Assembly: GCA_963784355.1 (NCBI GenBank)
Contig: CAWAQU010000003.1
Span: 115,548 to 179,547 of the forward strand
DNA: 64,000 nt
DNA from: an uncultured bacterium
GTDB lineage: Bacteria > Patescibacteriota > JACMRA01
Reading direction: 5' to 3'
Below are positions 8,477 to 19,100 of the stretch, one piece after another. The notes below the pieces were generated by a model. That model searched no databases. It was given only the letters and a program-made list of their open reading frames with translations, and had not been told where the DNA came from. The translations under genes were made by a program, and so were the position numbers. Positions within the stretch are counted from its first letter, which is position 1. The number at the start of each line of letters is the position of its first letter.

Positions 8477-10975
8477 ATGCTTTATTTACGTTCCTGGCTG
8501 CAAGATTATATCAATCTAAATGATTACTCAAATACTGAGTTAAAAGATATTATCACCATGAAATCCGGTGAGGTGGATGAAGTCAAAGAAATTCATGATT
8601 ATTTTGATGGAAAAGTCTTGATCGGTAAAATTGAAAACACTAGGAAACACCCAGATGCTGATAGGTTGAAGATTTTTGATGTAAATTTAGGTGATTCTCT
8701 TGAAAAAATTCAAATCGTGTCTGCTGCCCCAAACGTAGCTGACGGTTTAATAGTACCTGTAGCCACCATTAATACAAAATTGTCTATGGGCACTATTCTA
8801 GAGAGAAAAATGCGCGGTGAAATATCTCAAGGAATGTGTCTAGGGATGAGTGAATTAATGTTGGAAACTCAATTTAGCAGTGGTTTATGGGAATTAAATA
8901 GCAAATTGGCAGAAAAAAATATCAACCCTGAAGAAGTACTAGGACAATCAATCTGTAAAATTTTACCTGAGTATTTTCCACAAGATACCATATATGATAT
9001 AAAATATTTGGCTGACAAACAGGCTGCTTGTGGCAATCACTTAGGTCTAGCTTTAGAAATTGCAAAGTGTCTGGAACAACCAAATTTATTAACTCAAAAA
9101 GCACTGCAATTAATCGATCCGGCCTATATTGCCGAAAACTTGCTAACTCAAGTACAAACCGCTGAAAATAGCGACTTAAAAATTACTGTGGAAGATAAAG
9201 CTGAGTTTAGCCGTAGTTTTTTTCTATTCGATCTAAAAGTTACTGAAGAATACTCATTACCTCATGAGCTTCAAAAAAGAATGTTTTTAATAGAGAAGAA
9301 TTTAATCGGTGGCCTAGCTGATCTCTCAAATTATCTCTTATATGATATAGGTCAACCGAGCCATTTTTATAGTAAAAATAAGGTATTAAGCCGAAATAGC
9401 GATTCTACTGAGATTCACTGGACCATAGAAAAATTGGATGCAGGTACCCCCTTTAAAGGACTTGGGCAACTTAAAAATACTACCATACCAGAAAACATAG
9501 CGGTTTTAACTCAAAATACACAAACACTAACTATACTTGGAGTTTCCGGTGGTGAAAGTACAAAAGTTGATAGTGAAGAAAAAGAAGTTTTGATTGAAGT
9601 GGCAAATTTTCCTGCTAGCGAAGTTGCTAAATCAAGTTTTGCATTAAATTACCGATCCGATGGAGCAAGAATTTGGGCTAGCGAAGTAAACCCGAGTTTA
9701 CAATTTTTATTTGTGGCCAGGCTTATTGAGGTATTAAATTTTGAAAATTCTGAGTACAAAATTACCAATTTACTGAGCTATATAAATCCTAAATACATCA
9801 ATCAATTCAAAATCACTCAAACTGAAAATTTACTCCAAAAGTCCAGTAAAATCATGGATTACTATTTAAACAGATCATTAGCTGTAGATTTTACATACCT
9901 AGCTCAGAGAATTGATGATCAAGGACTACATAACTGGAAAGATAATTTAGAAAATAAGCTAAATTTAATAGGTAATTACAGGGATAGACAATTTTTTAGT
10001 AACATTTTCTATGGCCGGATTGAGACTCAAGAAGATTTATTGGATCAGCTCGCTCCTTTAGTTGGCTTTGATAAACTAGAACCTGATTTTCTACATTTTT
10101 CCGCAGATATTAAACTAGATAAAAAATATGATAGGATCGGCAGACTGAAGGCTATTTTACTGGATTACGGCTTTTATGAAACAATTACGAGACCTTTCGT
10201 AAAACAAAGTGATATTTTAGACAGCGGTGGTTCAGCTTTAAAACTATTAAATCCTTCAAATTCTAATGAGCCTTTTATTAGAGATAGTTTGTTTTCTAGT
10301 TTGATTGGTGCCGCCAAAGAAAATATTTTACTTGGAGAAAAAGAAATTAAACTTTTTGAACATACTAAGACCTATAAAGAAAACTCTCCAGAATTGGAAG
10401 AAAACATACTACTTGAAGGTATTTTTGTAGGAAAAGATCCTTACGCACTTACCTCAATGTTTAATGAAATCAGCAAAAAAACTAACACAGCCTACTTAGT
10501 TTCGGATTTAATAGAACCATATTTAAATTTGGGACAAGGGTTTACATACACCTTAAAAAATCTCATAAAAATCAGTTTAGTTCAGATCAATAATAAAGTT
10601 AAAAGAAATTACGAATTACCTTTGAGTAAAAATATATGGTACTTTTCTATAGATTTAACCCAATGGCAGTCAGAAATTTCTCAGTATAAAATTTATAAAA
10701 ACGAAAGTGAGTTTCCATTCATTCAGAGGAGTTATTCAGCAGTGGCAAGTAAAGATCTTAAATGGCAGGAGGTTCTTAGCTCTTCGGAGCAACTGATTAT
10801 ACCAGATGTGGAAATTGAATTTAAACCGATTGAGAGAATTACTCAAGACAATAATGATGTGTTAAATTTTGATGTAAAATTCGTGAGCTACACTAGAAAC
10901 TTGGAGATTGCTGAAATTGAAGCCTGGCAAGATAGTTTCTTCAAAATATTTGGAGATAAATTACAGTTGAAATAA
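8477..10975 (+). CDS. pheT: Phenylalanyl-tRNA synthetase beta subunit
   Basis: KHPDADRL, QIVSAAPNV, RKMRGEISQGM OB-fold; B3/4 region; LLNPSN..RDSL; 832 aa. Confidence 0.9.
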   Translation: MLYLRSWLQDYINLNDYSNTELKDIITMKSGEVDEVKEIHDYFDGKVLIGKIENTRKHPDADRLKIFDVNLGDSLEKIQIVSAAPNVADGLIVPVATINTKLSMGTILERKMRGEISQGMCLGMSELMLETQFSSGLWELNSKLAEKNINPEEVLGQSICKILPEYFPQDTIYDIKYLADKQAACGNHLGLALEIAKCLEQPNLLTQKALQLIDPAYIAENLLTQVQTAENSDLKITVEDKAEFSRSFFLFDLKVTEEYSLPHELQKRMFLIEKNLIGGLADLSNYLLYDIGQPSHFYSKNKVLSRNSDSTEIHWTIEKLDAGTPFKGLGQLKNTTIPENIAVLTQNTQTLTILGVSGGESTKVDSEEKEVLIEVANFPASEVAKSSFALNYRSDGARIWASEVNPSLQFLFVARLIEVLNFENSEYKITNLLSYINPKYINQFKITQTENLLQKSSKIMDYYLNRSLAVDFTYLAQRIDDQGLHNWKDNLENKLNLIGNYRDRQFFSNIFYGRIETQEDLLDQLAPLVGFDKLEPDFLHFSADIKLDKKYDRIGRLKAILLDYGFYETITRPFVKQSDILDSGGSALKLLNPSNSNEPFIRDSLFSSLIGAAKENILLGEKEIKLFEHTKTYKENSPELEENILLEGIFVGKDPYALTSMFNEISKKTNTAYLVSDLIEPYLNLGQGFTYTLKNLIKISLVQINNKVKRNYELPLSKNIWYFSIDLTQWQSEISQYKIYKNESEFPFIQRSYSAVASKDLKWQEVLSSSEQLIIPDVEIEFKPIERITQDNNDVLNFDVKFVSYTRNLEIAEIEAWQDSFFKIFGDKLQLK

Positions 10976-11098
10976 CTACTCATTTTATATAGCATTCAAA
11001 ACAAGCCCTCAATAAAACCCTGTAGTTTTAGGCTCTATTCGAATATTACTACTAAACAATTTTGACATTAGCTGCTTTCTGTGGCATAGAAATTGTAT

Positions 11099-11749
11099 AT
11101 GACCAAATTCAGACTCGAAGCAGTATCAGATGCTATTTTTGCTATAGTAATGACCTTACTGGTTATTGAAATCAAAGTACCGGAACTCCATTCGGCTTTT
11201 ACTGAAGACAAACTTTTAGAGGAGTTACAACATCTTACGCCACTCTTTCTCTCTTTTTTCCTTAGCTTTGCCGTACTTACCACTTATTGGATTTTCCACG
11301 GATTCTTGATTAGCTTACTAGCTAAAAATACGGATAGAAACTTGGCCTATCTAAATTTGCTATTTTTCTCTTTTATCAGTCTGATTCCGTTTTCTTCACA
11401 CTTACTTGGTACCTACCCTGCCAGTAAAATATCTGTAGCTTTTTACAGTATAAACATACTTATAATTTCTATTTTGATGTTTGTAATGCGGGAATATATT
11501 AAAACGTCTCGCACAATTGAAAATCCTGAGCTTTCATCACTTAACCTTACTAAAAAAGACAATTTGTATGGCAACGCCAGATTGCTGATTTCGATATTTT
11601 CTTCAATTTTCGCAGTCATTTTTAGTTTATTTAATATCAATATAGCTTACTTTTTCATTATAGCACCAATCGTTATCGGTTTAATACCTAATCTCTTGGC
11701 ACTTATTATGAGAGTTACTAGACTTGATAAGTTGGCCGAAGAAGTCTAA
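11099..11749 (+). CDS. TMEM175-family potassium channel (DUF1211)
   Basis: RLEAVSDAIFAIVMTLLV signature; about 6 TM helices. Confidence 0.88.
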   Translation: MTKFRLEAVSDAIFAIVMTLLVIEIKVPELHSAFTEDKLLEELQHLTPLFLSFFLSFAVLTTYWIFHGFLISLLAKNTDRNLAYLNLLFFSFISLIPFSSHLLGTYPASKISVAFYSINILIISILMFVMREYIKTSRTIENPELSSLNLTKKDNLYGNARLLISIFSSIFAVIFSLFNINIAYFFIIAPIVIGLIPNLLALIMRVTRLDKLAEEV

Positions 11750-11750
11750 C

Positions 11751-11799
11751 TTGACATAAATTGCTCTACTATATACAGTTACTTTACTTTTAAAAGTAA
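11751..11799 (+). promoter_or_regulatory. Promoter with palindromic operator upstream of LUD gene
   Basis: TTGACA-17-TACAGT followed by perfect 16-bp palindrome TTACTTTTAAAAGTAA (11784-11799). Confidence 0.6.
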
Positions 11800-11811
11800 T
11801 AAGTATTTACT

Positions 11812-12423
11812 ATGTCTTTTGATCAACTCGCATCTCAGGAAAGTCTTTAAAAAACAATTGAAGCATTAAAATCACACAACATTCAGGCTCAATTTGTAGA
11901 AACCAGAGAAGAAGCAAAACAGCTACTTTTAAATCTAATTCCTAAAGGTAGCGAAGTTATGGATATGACATCAGTTACGCTTGATGAAATTGGAGCTACT
12001 AATGAAATTCAAAATTCTGGAGAATATACTGCCCTAAAACCAAAATTGATGCAAATGAATAGGGAGATTGATTCTAAAAGAATGCAAGAAATGGGTGCAG
12101 CCCCTGATTATGTAATTGGTAGTGTCCATGCTGTTACTGAACAAGGTGAAGTTATAATAGCTTCTATGACCGGAAGCCAATTACCGGCATATGCTTTTGG
12201 AGCTAACAAAGTAATTTGGGTCATAGGTACTCAAAAGATTGTTTCCAATATGGAGCAAGGGATGAAAAGATTGTACGAATACACCTTACCGCTCGAGTCT
12301 GAAAGAGCAAAAATTGCATACGGCGTGCCAGGTAGTAGCGTAAATAAGATCTTAATCATAAATCAGGAAATTAATCCCGAAAGAATCAAGGTTATTTTTG
12401 TAAATGAGGCTCTAGGTTACTAA
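11812..12423 (+). pseudogene. LUD-domain (LutC/YkgG-like) protein with in-frame TAA at codon 13
   Basis: MSFDQLASQESL*KTIEALKSHNI...IPKGSEVMDMTS is continuous in one frame; GSVHAVTEQG, TGSQL, GTQKIV motifs. Confidence 0.75.
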
Positions 12424-12433
12424 GCTCCAGGTA

Positions 12434-12685
12434 TTAAATACTTTCTTCGAGCTCAATCAACAAATCACTCATTTTTACTTTTAATGCTTGAGAGATTTGA
12501 TATATCTTCAATAGAGTTAGGTTTCTTTCACCCCTTTCCACAGCACCAATATATGTCCTATGAAGGCCGGTTAATCCGGCTAGTTCTTCTTGAGAGAAAT
12601 TATTCATTAGTCTGTGTTTTTTAATTGCAAGGCCAAATTGGACGAGTATGTCAGATTTATTATTCATATTATATATTAATTTCAT
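12434..12685 (-). CDS. XRE-family HTH regulator (controller-protein-like)
   Basis: SQEELAGLTGLHRTYIGAVERGERN. Confidence 0.88.
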   Translation of the reverse strand: MKLIYNMNNKSDILVQFGLAIKKHRLMNNFSQEELAGLTGLHRTYIGAVERGERNLTLLKIYQISQALKVKMSDLLIELEESI

Positions 12686-12805
12686 AGAAGAAAATTTTCT
12701 AAAGGTCTACAGTTAATATATCGCCAGACTAAGTGTAGCATGTAACTCTGCTCTTGACTAAAACCGTAGCTTTGTGTCAAATTCATAAACAACCCTTACC
12801 AAATT

Positions 12806-14566
12806 ATGTTTAGACGTTTATTGTTGGTATTTACCGACCCGGAACTAAGATCTAAGTTGATCAAAATTGTATTATTATTGATTGCCGTCAGATTTTTAGC
12901 ACATATCCCTATTCCTGTATTACAAACTCAAGACATCAGTCCTTTAATTGATTCTGATGCAGCTTTAGGCTTGTTGAATACAATTTCAGGTGGATCATAC
13001 GGCCAGCTATCTTTTGTCATGCTTGGAGTTGGACCATATATTACCGCTTCTATTGTTATCCAACTTTTGGGTGTAATTGTACCTAAAATCAAAGAAATCC
13101 AAAAAGAAGAAGGAGAGCTTGGACAACAAAAAATCAACAGATGGACTAGAATTTTAACCGTACCATTAGCAGCTCTTCAAGCTTGGGGTATCTTGCAGTT
13201 TTTATCTAGCTCAAATGTAAATGGTGGAGCACAAATCCAATTACCTGCCGTACTAACCAAATCAGAAATAACTTGGGAAACTTTTGGATATTGGTTTGCT
13301 ATAATTATGGCTATGGCAGCCGGTAGTATGATTATGATGTGGATTGGTGAAATCATCACTGAATACAAAATGGGTAATGGTATCTCACTCATGATTTTAT
13401 CAGGTATCGTCGTAAGATTACCAAATCAATTAGTGAAATATTGGAATGCGGTTTATCCTAATTTCCAAGAACTTTTTAGCAAATTCAGTTTTCAAAAAGC
13501 TGCTAATCTAGAAGTTTGGAAAGCACTTTTATGGGGAAATCCTGCTTGGAACGCTGTAAGAAGTTTCTTACTTTTATTTTTGGTATTTTTTGCAGTACTG
13601 TTATTAGTTGTATTTGTTAATGACGCTGTTAGAAAATTAGTAGTAATTTATTCTCGACGTGGACATACAGAAGGAAAATCCAGGACATTATCAAGCGTAA
13701 AAGCCGATTTACCGATTAAAGTAAATATTGCTGGTGTATTACCAATTATCTTTGCGGTATCTTTTATCATGTTCCCTCAGATCATCGGCCGTTTCCTATT
13801 CACCTCCAATGTATCGCAAGTTCGTACGGTAGCTCAACAAGTAGATAATTACCTTAGTGTAAATAATAAAGAAAACACAGTTGCTCCGGAAAATTTACCA
13901 AAAGAAAACCTCGGATTTTATAACTCTAAAGATCCTGTCGCCCTTAAAGCTGCAGAAAACTACGACACAACAGTAGGACAAGAATTGTTCGGTTTCACAT
14001 TAAGTACTCTTAAAGTAGATTATAATTATAAATTACCGGAAAATCCTACTGAGGATGACAAGAAAAGAGAAGAGGCTAAAAAGCTTAAGAATGTGTTTTT
14101 TGATGGTACTTTCTTAAGATTTGAGCTACCAAGTAATAATCTAGGATTTTTACCTGAATTTGGAGTAAGATGGAATGGAGTTCTAGCATATTCACTCTTT
14201 TACTTCTTGTTGATTATCTTCTTTACTTATTTCTACACTTCTACTATTGCCTTTAAAACCGATGACGTGGCTGAAAATCTCCAAAGAAGTGGAGCTTATG
14301 TTCCAGGATTCAAACCCGGTGAGGAAACTCAAAATTACTTGAGCTATGTAGCAAACAGATTAAATGTTGCAGGAAGTATTTTCTTGGCGCTGATTGCTAT
14401 AATTCCTTTCTTCTTCAATAAGAGTTTGAATTTCGGTGACGGTACATTAAATGGAATTGTAGGTGGTACTACTCTATTAATCTTAGTATCTGTAACTATA
14501 GAAGTATTAAGAGCTATTGAGGCTCAAGCTACCTCTATTGATTATAATAGATTTACTAAGTACTAG
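12806..14566 (+). CDS. secY: Preprotein translocase subunit SecY with a long loop insertion
   Basis: LGVGPYITASIVIQLL, GNGISL, PIKVNIAGVLPIIFA, VPGFKPG, GGTTLLI. Confidence 0.95.
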   Translation: MFRRLLLVFTDPELRSKLIKIVLLLIAVRFLAHIPIPVLQTQDISPLIDSDAALGLLNTISGGSYGQLSFVMLGVGPYITASIVIQLLGVIVPKIKEIQKEEGELGQQKINRWTRILTVPLAALQAWGILQFLSSSNVNGGAQIQLPAVLTKSEITWETFGYWFAIIMAMAAGSMIMMWIGEIITEYKMGNGISLMILSGIVVRLPNQLVKYWNAVYPNFQELFSKFSFQKAANLEVWKALLWGNPAWNAVRSFLLLFLVFFAVLLLVVFVNDAVRKLVVIYSRRGHTEGKSRTLSSVKADLPIKVNIAGVLPIIFAVSFIMFPQIIGRFLFTSNVSQVRTVAQQVDNYLSVNNKENTVAPENLPKENLGFYNSKDPVALKAAENYDTTVGQELFGFTLSTLKVDYNYKLPENPTEDDKKREEAKKLKNVFFDGTFLRFELPSNNLGFLPEFGVRWNGVLAYSLFYFLLIIFFTYFYTSTIAFKTDDVAENLQRSGAYVPGFKPGEETQNYLSYVANRLNVAGSIFLALIAIIPFFFNKSLNFGDGTLNGIVGGTTLLILVSVTIEVLRAIEAQATSIDYNRFTKY

Positions 14567-14598
14567 ACTTTTATTAGTAATTACAATCAAAGCTAAAT

Positions 14599-14626
14599 TT
14601 CCCCTGTTTTCAGGGGTTGTTTTTTC
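14599..14626 (+). terminator. Terminator after secY
   Basis: CCCCTG-tttt-CAGGGG followed by T-rich tract. Confidence 0.75.
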
Positions 14627-14707
14627 GCTATTTAAGTGAAATTATAAGAGATATTAAACGTGAGATGCTCAAACTCTACAAAATAAAAATCATATCTGTT
14701 TTGACAA

Positions 14708-16051
14708 TTATTTTATTTTCAATATCCTACTTAAATTAAGATTATTCATTACTAAATAGCTACTAATTAGTAGTATATAATAAATCATAATCTCAATAAC
14801 ACTAAATTTTGTTAGAGCTATATTTGGTAAGATTTTCCCGAGGTCATTGATCATGCTTAAAATAAATCCCTGCAAAATTCCACTAACCAGTAAAAATATT
14901 TCTCCTAAAAATGGTATCAAGCCAATCAAATTAAATAAAGTAATCAGTGGAATAACAGGCAAAATTAATATATTTATAAAAATTGAAAAGGGATTGAAGA
15001 AACCATTCAAATTTACAATTATCGGAAGAGTGAATAGAAAAGTAGATATAGTCGCCAGCAATGTGCTAAACAATTCTTTAAACCATTTAAATTCCACATC
15101 AAAGCTATCTTTACTACTCATAATCAAACCCAAAGTTGCCAAAAATGACAGTTGAAATGAAAGTGAACTCAAATATAACGGATTTACTAAGAGTAATATC
15201 ATAGCACTGTATGCTAGCAACCTAAAACCGGAAATTTTCCTTCCTAAAAATGTTGTGACCAAAATTGAAAGCCCAATTCCGATTCCAGAGCGTAGTACCG
15301 GTGGCTCGGGACCCACCAACAACACAAGCAAAACTATACTAAATATAGCGCCTAACACCCTAGCAGATCTACTTAGCCTTAATTTAAGAAAAATATTTTC
15401 TACAAAACTCGCCAACAAAACTACTTGAAAACCTGAAACAGCCACCAAGTGAGTCAGGCCTAAATTTCTAAAATTTTGTTTAGTTTGATTAGTAAAATCT
15501 CCACTACCACCTAAAACTAACCCCTTAGATAAAGCATAAATATCTCTACAATTGTCTGAATAAATAAAACTCAGCACCTCTATAAAATCCGTACAAAAAC
15601 TTTTCAGGTATAGGCTCGAAACAAATCTATTTATATTTTCCAGCGACTTCAAACTGATACAAATCAAATCACAATTTAAATTAATTTCTTTAAACTCTTT
15701 TAGCTTTAATTTTCCAATAATACCTAAACTCAGATCATAATTTACTTTATCATCCAAAAATACATATTCTTGGGCTTCAGTTCTTATTTTATACTCCCTA
15801 CCTATTTCCATAACTTTTGGGGTCTCAACTATCCAAACACTGCCATCTTTCCAAACAGTATAGTTTAATTGTCCAAAGTTGTTCTTTTTCTGGCTTAGTA
15901 CCCTAACTGTATTCGTTTCGTTACTTTTCAAATTGTTTTTATTCCTAAATTCTTGATAACTCAAGTGACAATTCCATAAAATCAGGGCTATCAACAAACA
16001 TAAAAAATAATTAGCCGGATTTAAAAATTTTCTAAAAACCCTGCCACCCAT
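14708..16051 (-). CDS. comEC: ComEC/Rec2 competence channel protein
   Basis: GLTHLVAVSGFQV, PPVLRS, SFQLSFLAT. Confidence 0.88.
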   Translation of the reverse strand: MGGRVFRKFLNPANYFLCLLIALILWNCHLSYQEFRNKNNLKSNETNTVRVLSQKKNNFGQLNYTVWKDGSVWIVETPKVMEIGREYKIRTEAQEYVFLDDKVNYDLSLGIIGKLKLKEFKEINLNCDLICISLKSLENINRFVSSLYLKSFCTDFIEVLSFIYSDNCRDIYALSKGLVLGGSGDFTNQTKQNFRNLGLTHLVAVSGFQVVLLASFVENIFLKLRLSRSARVLGAIFSIVLLVLLVGPEPPVLRSGIGIGLSILVTTFLGRKISGFRLLAYSAMILLLVNPLYLSSLSFQLSFLATLGLIMSSKDSFDVEFKWFKELFSTLLATISTFLFTLPIIVNLNGFFNPFSIFINILILPVIPLITLFNLIGLIPFLGEIFLLVSGILQGFILSMINDLGKILPNIALTKFSVIEIMIYYILLISSYLVMNNLNLSRILKIK

Positions 16052-16052
16052 A

Positions 16053-17162
16053 TCAATTAAATTTATAGCCTTTGAAATCTACTTGCTTACCATTTACCAA
16101 AGTTATTTTACAGATCTCTAGATATGTATTCATAGAGCATTTTAAATAAGTTTTTAGTCCTTTGCCTGCTTTTATTTGCATCCAGCTATCTTTTTCAAAA
16201 TAAACCTCAGCGCTGTCAGGCAATTTTTCAAAAACCGACCCACAATCCACAATTTTTATCTCTTGATCAAAATATTTGTCGTGAAATGTAGTGCCAGGGA
16301 AAGCTATGTAAGCTTTAAAATGATTATAAATTTCACTAGCTGATTGTCTATCTGGATCGACGATTTTATCTTCTTTTGTAAGTATTTTTGAGAAAGTAGC
16401 TTTATTAATATCTTGTTTTAACGACAATACTTTGAGTTCTAGATTATCGCCATCTCTTTCCAAAATTTGCAAAGCAGTCACAATTGCCCAAGTTTGGCTT
16501 CCCAATTCGCCCATTTTTTCCGCAATACCTATAAAATCATCGGTATTCTCCAAATCCACACCAGCTTGAAGCAATACATTTCCCGCATCCATTGTTCTGG
16601 TCATTTGTATCCAACTTAGGGCAATTTTGGCTTCACCTAACGCAATTGCAGTTTGTATAGGAGTAGGTCCACGATATAGAGGTAATTTAGAAGGGTGCCA
16701 GTTTATAAAGCCGTACTTAGCTTGATTAAGAATTTTTTCAGAGATGATTTGTCCAAAAGAAGCTACAATTGCTAAACCTAAATCATCTTCAACTAAATCT
16801 ACAAATTCATCAAAAGCCTTATTTATTTTTTCGGGCAAAAACACCTGCAGACTATTTTTTCTGCTAAACTCCACAACAGGATTGGATACAACTTTATTCC
16901 TATTTTGGCGATCAGGCTGGCTAACTACACATTTTAAATTAATCTCTTTTTCTAATATATTTTGATTACTCAACAAAATTTCCTCCAATTCATCAATATT
17001 TTTAGGCCATGATAAATCATCAATATCTAATTGGGTTTTTAGTTTTTCTAGCTGCCCAAGTGTGATTTCCAACAGAGTTTTAGATTGATTTTGATGAACA
17101 TTCTCAAGTATAGGTATAACAAAACTGGAAGATCCAAAAAAAGCAATATTTAACTTAGTCAT
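16053..17162 (-). CDS. fmt: Methionyl-tRNA formyltransferase
   Basis: IAFFGSSSF, VVSQPD, VASFGQII, INWHPSKLPLYRGPTPI, MDAG. Confidence 0.92.
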   Translation of the reverse strand: MTKLNIAFFGSSSFVIPILENVHQNQSKTLLEITLGQLEKLKTQLDIDDLSWPKNIDELEEILLSNQNILEKEINLKCVVSQPDRQNRNKVVSNPVVEFSRKNSLQVFLPEKINKAFDEFVDLVEDDLGLAIVASFGQIISEKILNQAKYGFINWHPSKLPLYRGPTPIQTAIALGEAKIALSWIQMTRTMDAGNVLLQAGVDLENTDDFIGIAEKMGELGSQTWAIVTALQILERDGDNLELKVLSLKQDINKATFSKILTKEDKIVDPDRQSASEIYNHFKAYIAFPGTTFHDKYFDQEIKIVDCGSVFEKLPDSAEVYFEKDSWMQIKAGKGLKTYLKCSMNTYLEICKITLVNGKQVDFKGYKFN

Positions 17163-17608
17163 TTTTTTAATTTTACATTTTTTACACGTTTTGTCCAAAA
17201 TTTATAAGCTAAATAAACAATACCTATACCAACGACTAAATATATTAATCTAAGTAACCACCACTGATTTTCCGGAAAATTTTCTCTGAAGACTACTCCA
17301 TAAGGATACCAATATGGTCTATTCAGGTAATGTCTGGCAATCCAATTTTGAGGAATTTGAATGAAACAACCACCTAAAATGCCTTGAGATATAGCAATTG
17401 ATGTGAAAAAAATAATTAAACTAAGCTTGAAATGCGTATAATATCTATCAAATCTGGATTCAAAATGGTCCCTTCTAGGTAAGAAGCTTTCAAGAAGAAA
17501 AAAACTTGCCACAATAGCACCAAAAGTCCAGTAATAGGGATCATGGTATTTATCAATAGTTCGATTTATTGATTCCGCCTGCTCGTAAGTTAGATTTAAC
17601 CATGACAT
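17159..17608 (-). CDS. Hypothetical membrane protein
   Basis: 149 aa with 3 hydrophobic segments; overlaps fmt start. Confidence 0.65.
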   Translation of the reverse strand: MSWLNLTYEQAESINRTIDKYHDPYYWTFGAIVASFFLLESFLPRRDHFESRFDRYYTHFKLSLIIFFTSIAISQGILGGCFIQIPQNWIARHYLNRPYWYPYGVVFRENFPENQWWLLRLIYLVVGIGIVYLAYKFWTKRVKNVKLKK

Positions 17609-17910
17609 ACAATAAAATCCGGTTTGATTATAGTAATATATTTCAAATTAAAACAAATATTGGCTTTTCATTTTATATAATCTCACCAACTTCAACAAAA
17701 TTAAACTTCGCAATTTAGCTAACCTTATTCGATCAAAAATAGATAATAATGGTTTTGCTTTAGTTACCTATTAGTATTTTTATGGGAATAACTAAATGCT
17801 CTAAGAAGGATTTTTATACATCCAAAAAAGTTCTTTATTTTCATCAGCTTGTCAATCTTTAGCTAAAAACACTTGACAATATCCTAAATTTACTGCTATT
17901 TTATACAAAT

Positions 17911-18348
17911 ATGGCAGACGCAAAAGGCGGCAAAAAAATAAAAGCCCAGATCAAACTAGTGATTAAAGCCGGAGCAGCAAATCCTGCACCTCCAGTAGGT
18001 TCTACCTTGGGACCACAAGGTATCAATTTAATGCAATTTTGTAAGGAATTCAATGAGAAAACCTCTACAATGACAGGTAGTGTACCTTGTATTGTAACTA
18101 TTTATGATGATAGAAGTTTTGAATTTATTTTAAAGACTCCTGCAGTATCTGAATTGATTAAACAAGCACTTGGTATTACTTCAGGTTCAAACGACCCTCT
18201 CAAAAAGAAGGTAGGGTCTATCACAAAGACTCAAATTAGATCTATTGCCGAAAAGAAAATGGAGGATTTAAACTGTCATACTGTTGAATCAGCTGAAAAG
18301 CAAGTAGAAGGAACATGTAGAAGTATGGGCGTTAAAATTGCAGCATAA
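17911..18348 (+). CDS. rplK: 50S ribosomal protein L11
   Basis: ANPAPPVGSTLGPQGINLMQFCKEFN, GTCRSMG. Confidence 0.97.
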   Translation: MADAKGGKKIKAQIKLVIKAGAANPAPPVGSTLGPQGINLMQFCKEFNEKTSTMTGSVPCIVTIYDDRSFEFILKTPAVSELIKQALGITSGSNDPLKKKVGSITKTQIRSIAEKKMEDLNCHTVESAEKQVEGTCRSMGVKIAA

Positions 18349-18364
18349 TTGCTTAATTATATTT

Positions 18365-19039
18365 ATGTCAGACAAATCTTTTTCAATCTCTGAAGCTATT
18401 AATCAGGGATGGCAAACATTTAGCAAAAATCTTAGTACTTATGCAATTGCTTTAGCAGTTTCTATAGTATTATACACTATTTCCGCAGTTTTCAGTGATG
18501 GCAAAAATGATACTCAAACAGCTTTAGAATCAATAGGTGCACTTATTTCATTTGCATTATCAACTATTGTGACTTTGGGATACATCAAAGTACTTTTAAA
18601 ATTGCTTGAGGATAAAAAACCTGAAATTAGTGATTTCTTTTACTTTAAGTCTGGAATATTTAGTTACATTGTAGCTTCAATTTTACTAACTCCTTTAATT
18701 TTTATCGGATATATACTATTGATTATCCCGGGAATAATTTTAAGTATAAGATTTAGTCTTGTTTCATACTTTATTGCAGACAAAAACATGGGCCCTATTG
18801 ATGCTATCGGAGCCAGTTGGAATGCTACAAAAGGTCAAACATTACAATTATTTCTATTTGGTCTAGCTAATTTAGGGTTAAATATATTAGGTCTATTAGC
18901 TTTGGGAATCGGGTTATTTATTACGGTTCCAGTATCTCAAACTGCAATGGCTTATGTTTACAAAAAATTGCTAGCTGAAGTTGAAAGTAACTCTGAAATC
19001 AAGGATGCTTCTGAAGTTGAAGTCATTCCAGCTGCTTAA
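18365..19039 (+). CDS. Integral membrane protein (DUF975-like)
   Basis: GYILLIIPGII, AIGASWNATKG, LGIGLFITVP. Confidence 0.75.
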   Translation: MSDKSFSISEAINQGWQTFSKNLSTYAIALAVSIVLYTISAVFSDGKNDTQTALESIGALISFALSTIVTLGYIKVLLKLLEDKKPEISDFFYFKSGIFSYIVASILLTPLIFIGYILLIIPGIILSIRFSLVSYFIADKNMGPIDAIGASWNATKGQTLQLFLFGLANLGLNILGLLALGIGLFITVPVSQTAMAYVYKKLLAEVESNSEIKDASEVEVIPAA

Positions 19040-19062
19040 AATCAACATTTAATTAAAACTTA

Positions 19063-19091
19063 TTGGAAGAAATTTATTTCGCTAACACCAA
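19063..19091 (+). promoter_or_regulatory. Probable L1 autoregulatory binding site in rplA leader
   Basis: TTGGAAG-AAAT-tt-ATTTC-GCTAACACCAA resembles the GGGAG...GYUAA-ACCAC L1-binding stem. Confidence 0.45.
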
Positions 19092-19100
19092 ATTATATAT

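Noticed and set aside
17609-17910. ncRNA in the divergent intergenic region before rplK
   Set aside because: AT-rich with one weak inverted repeat; explained by back-to-back promoters
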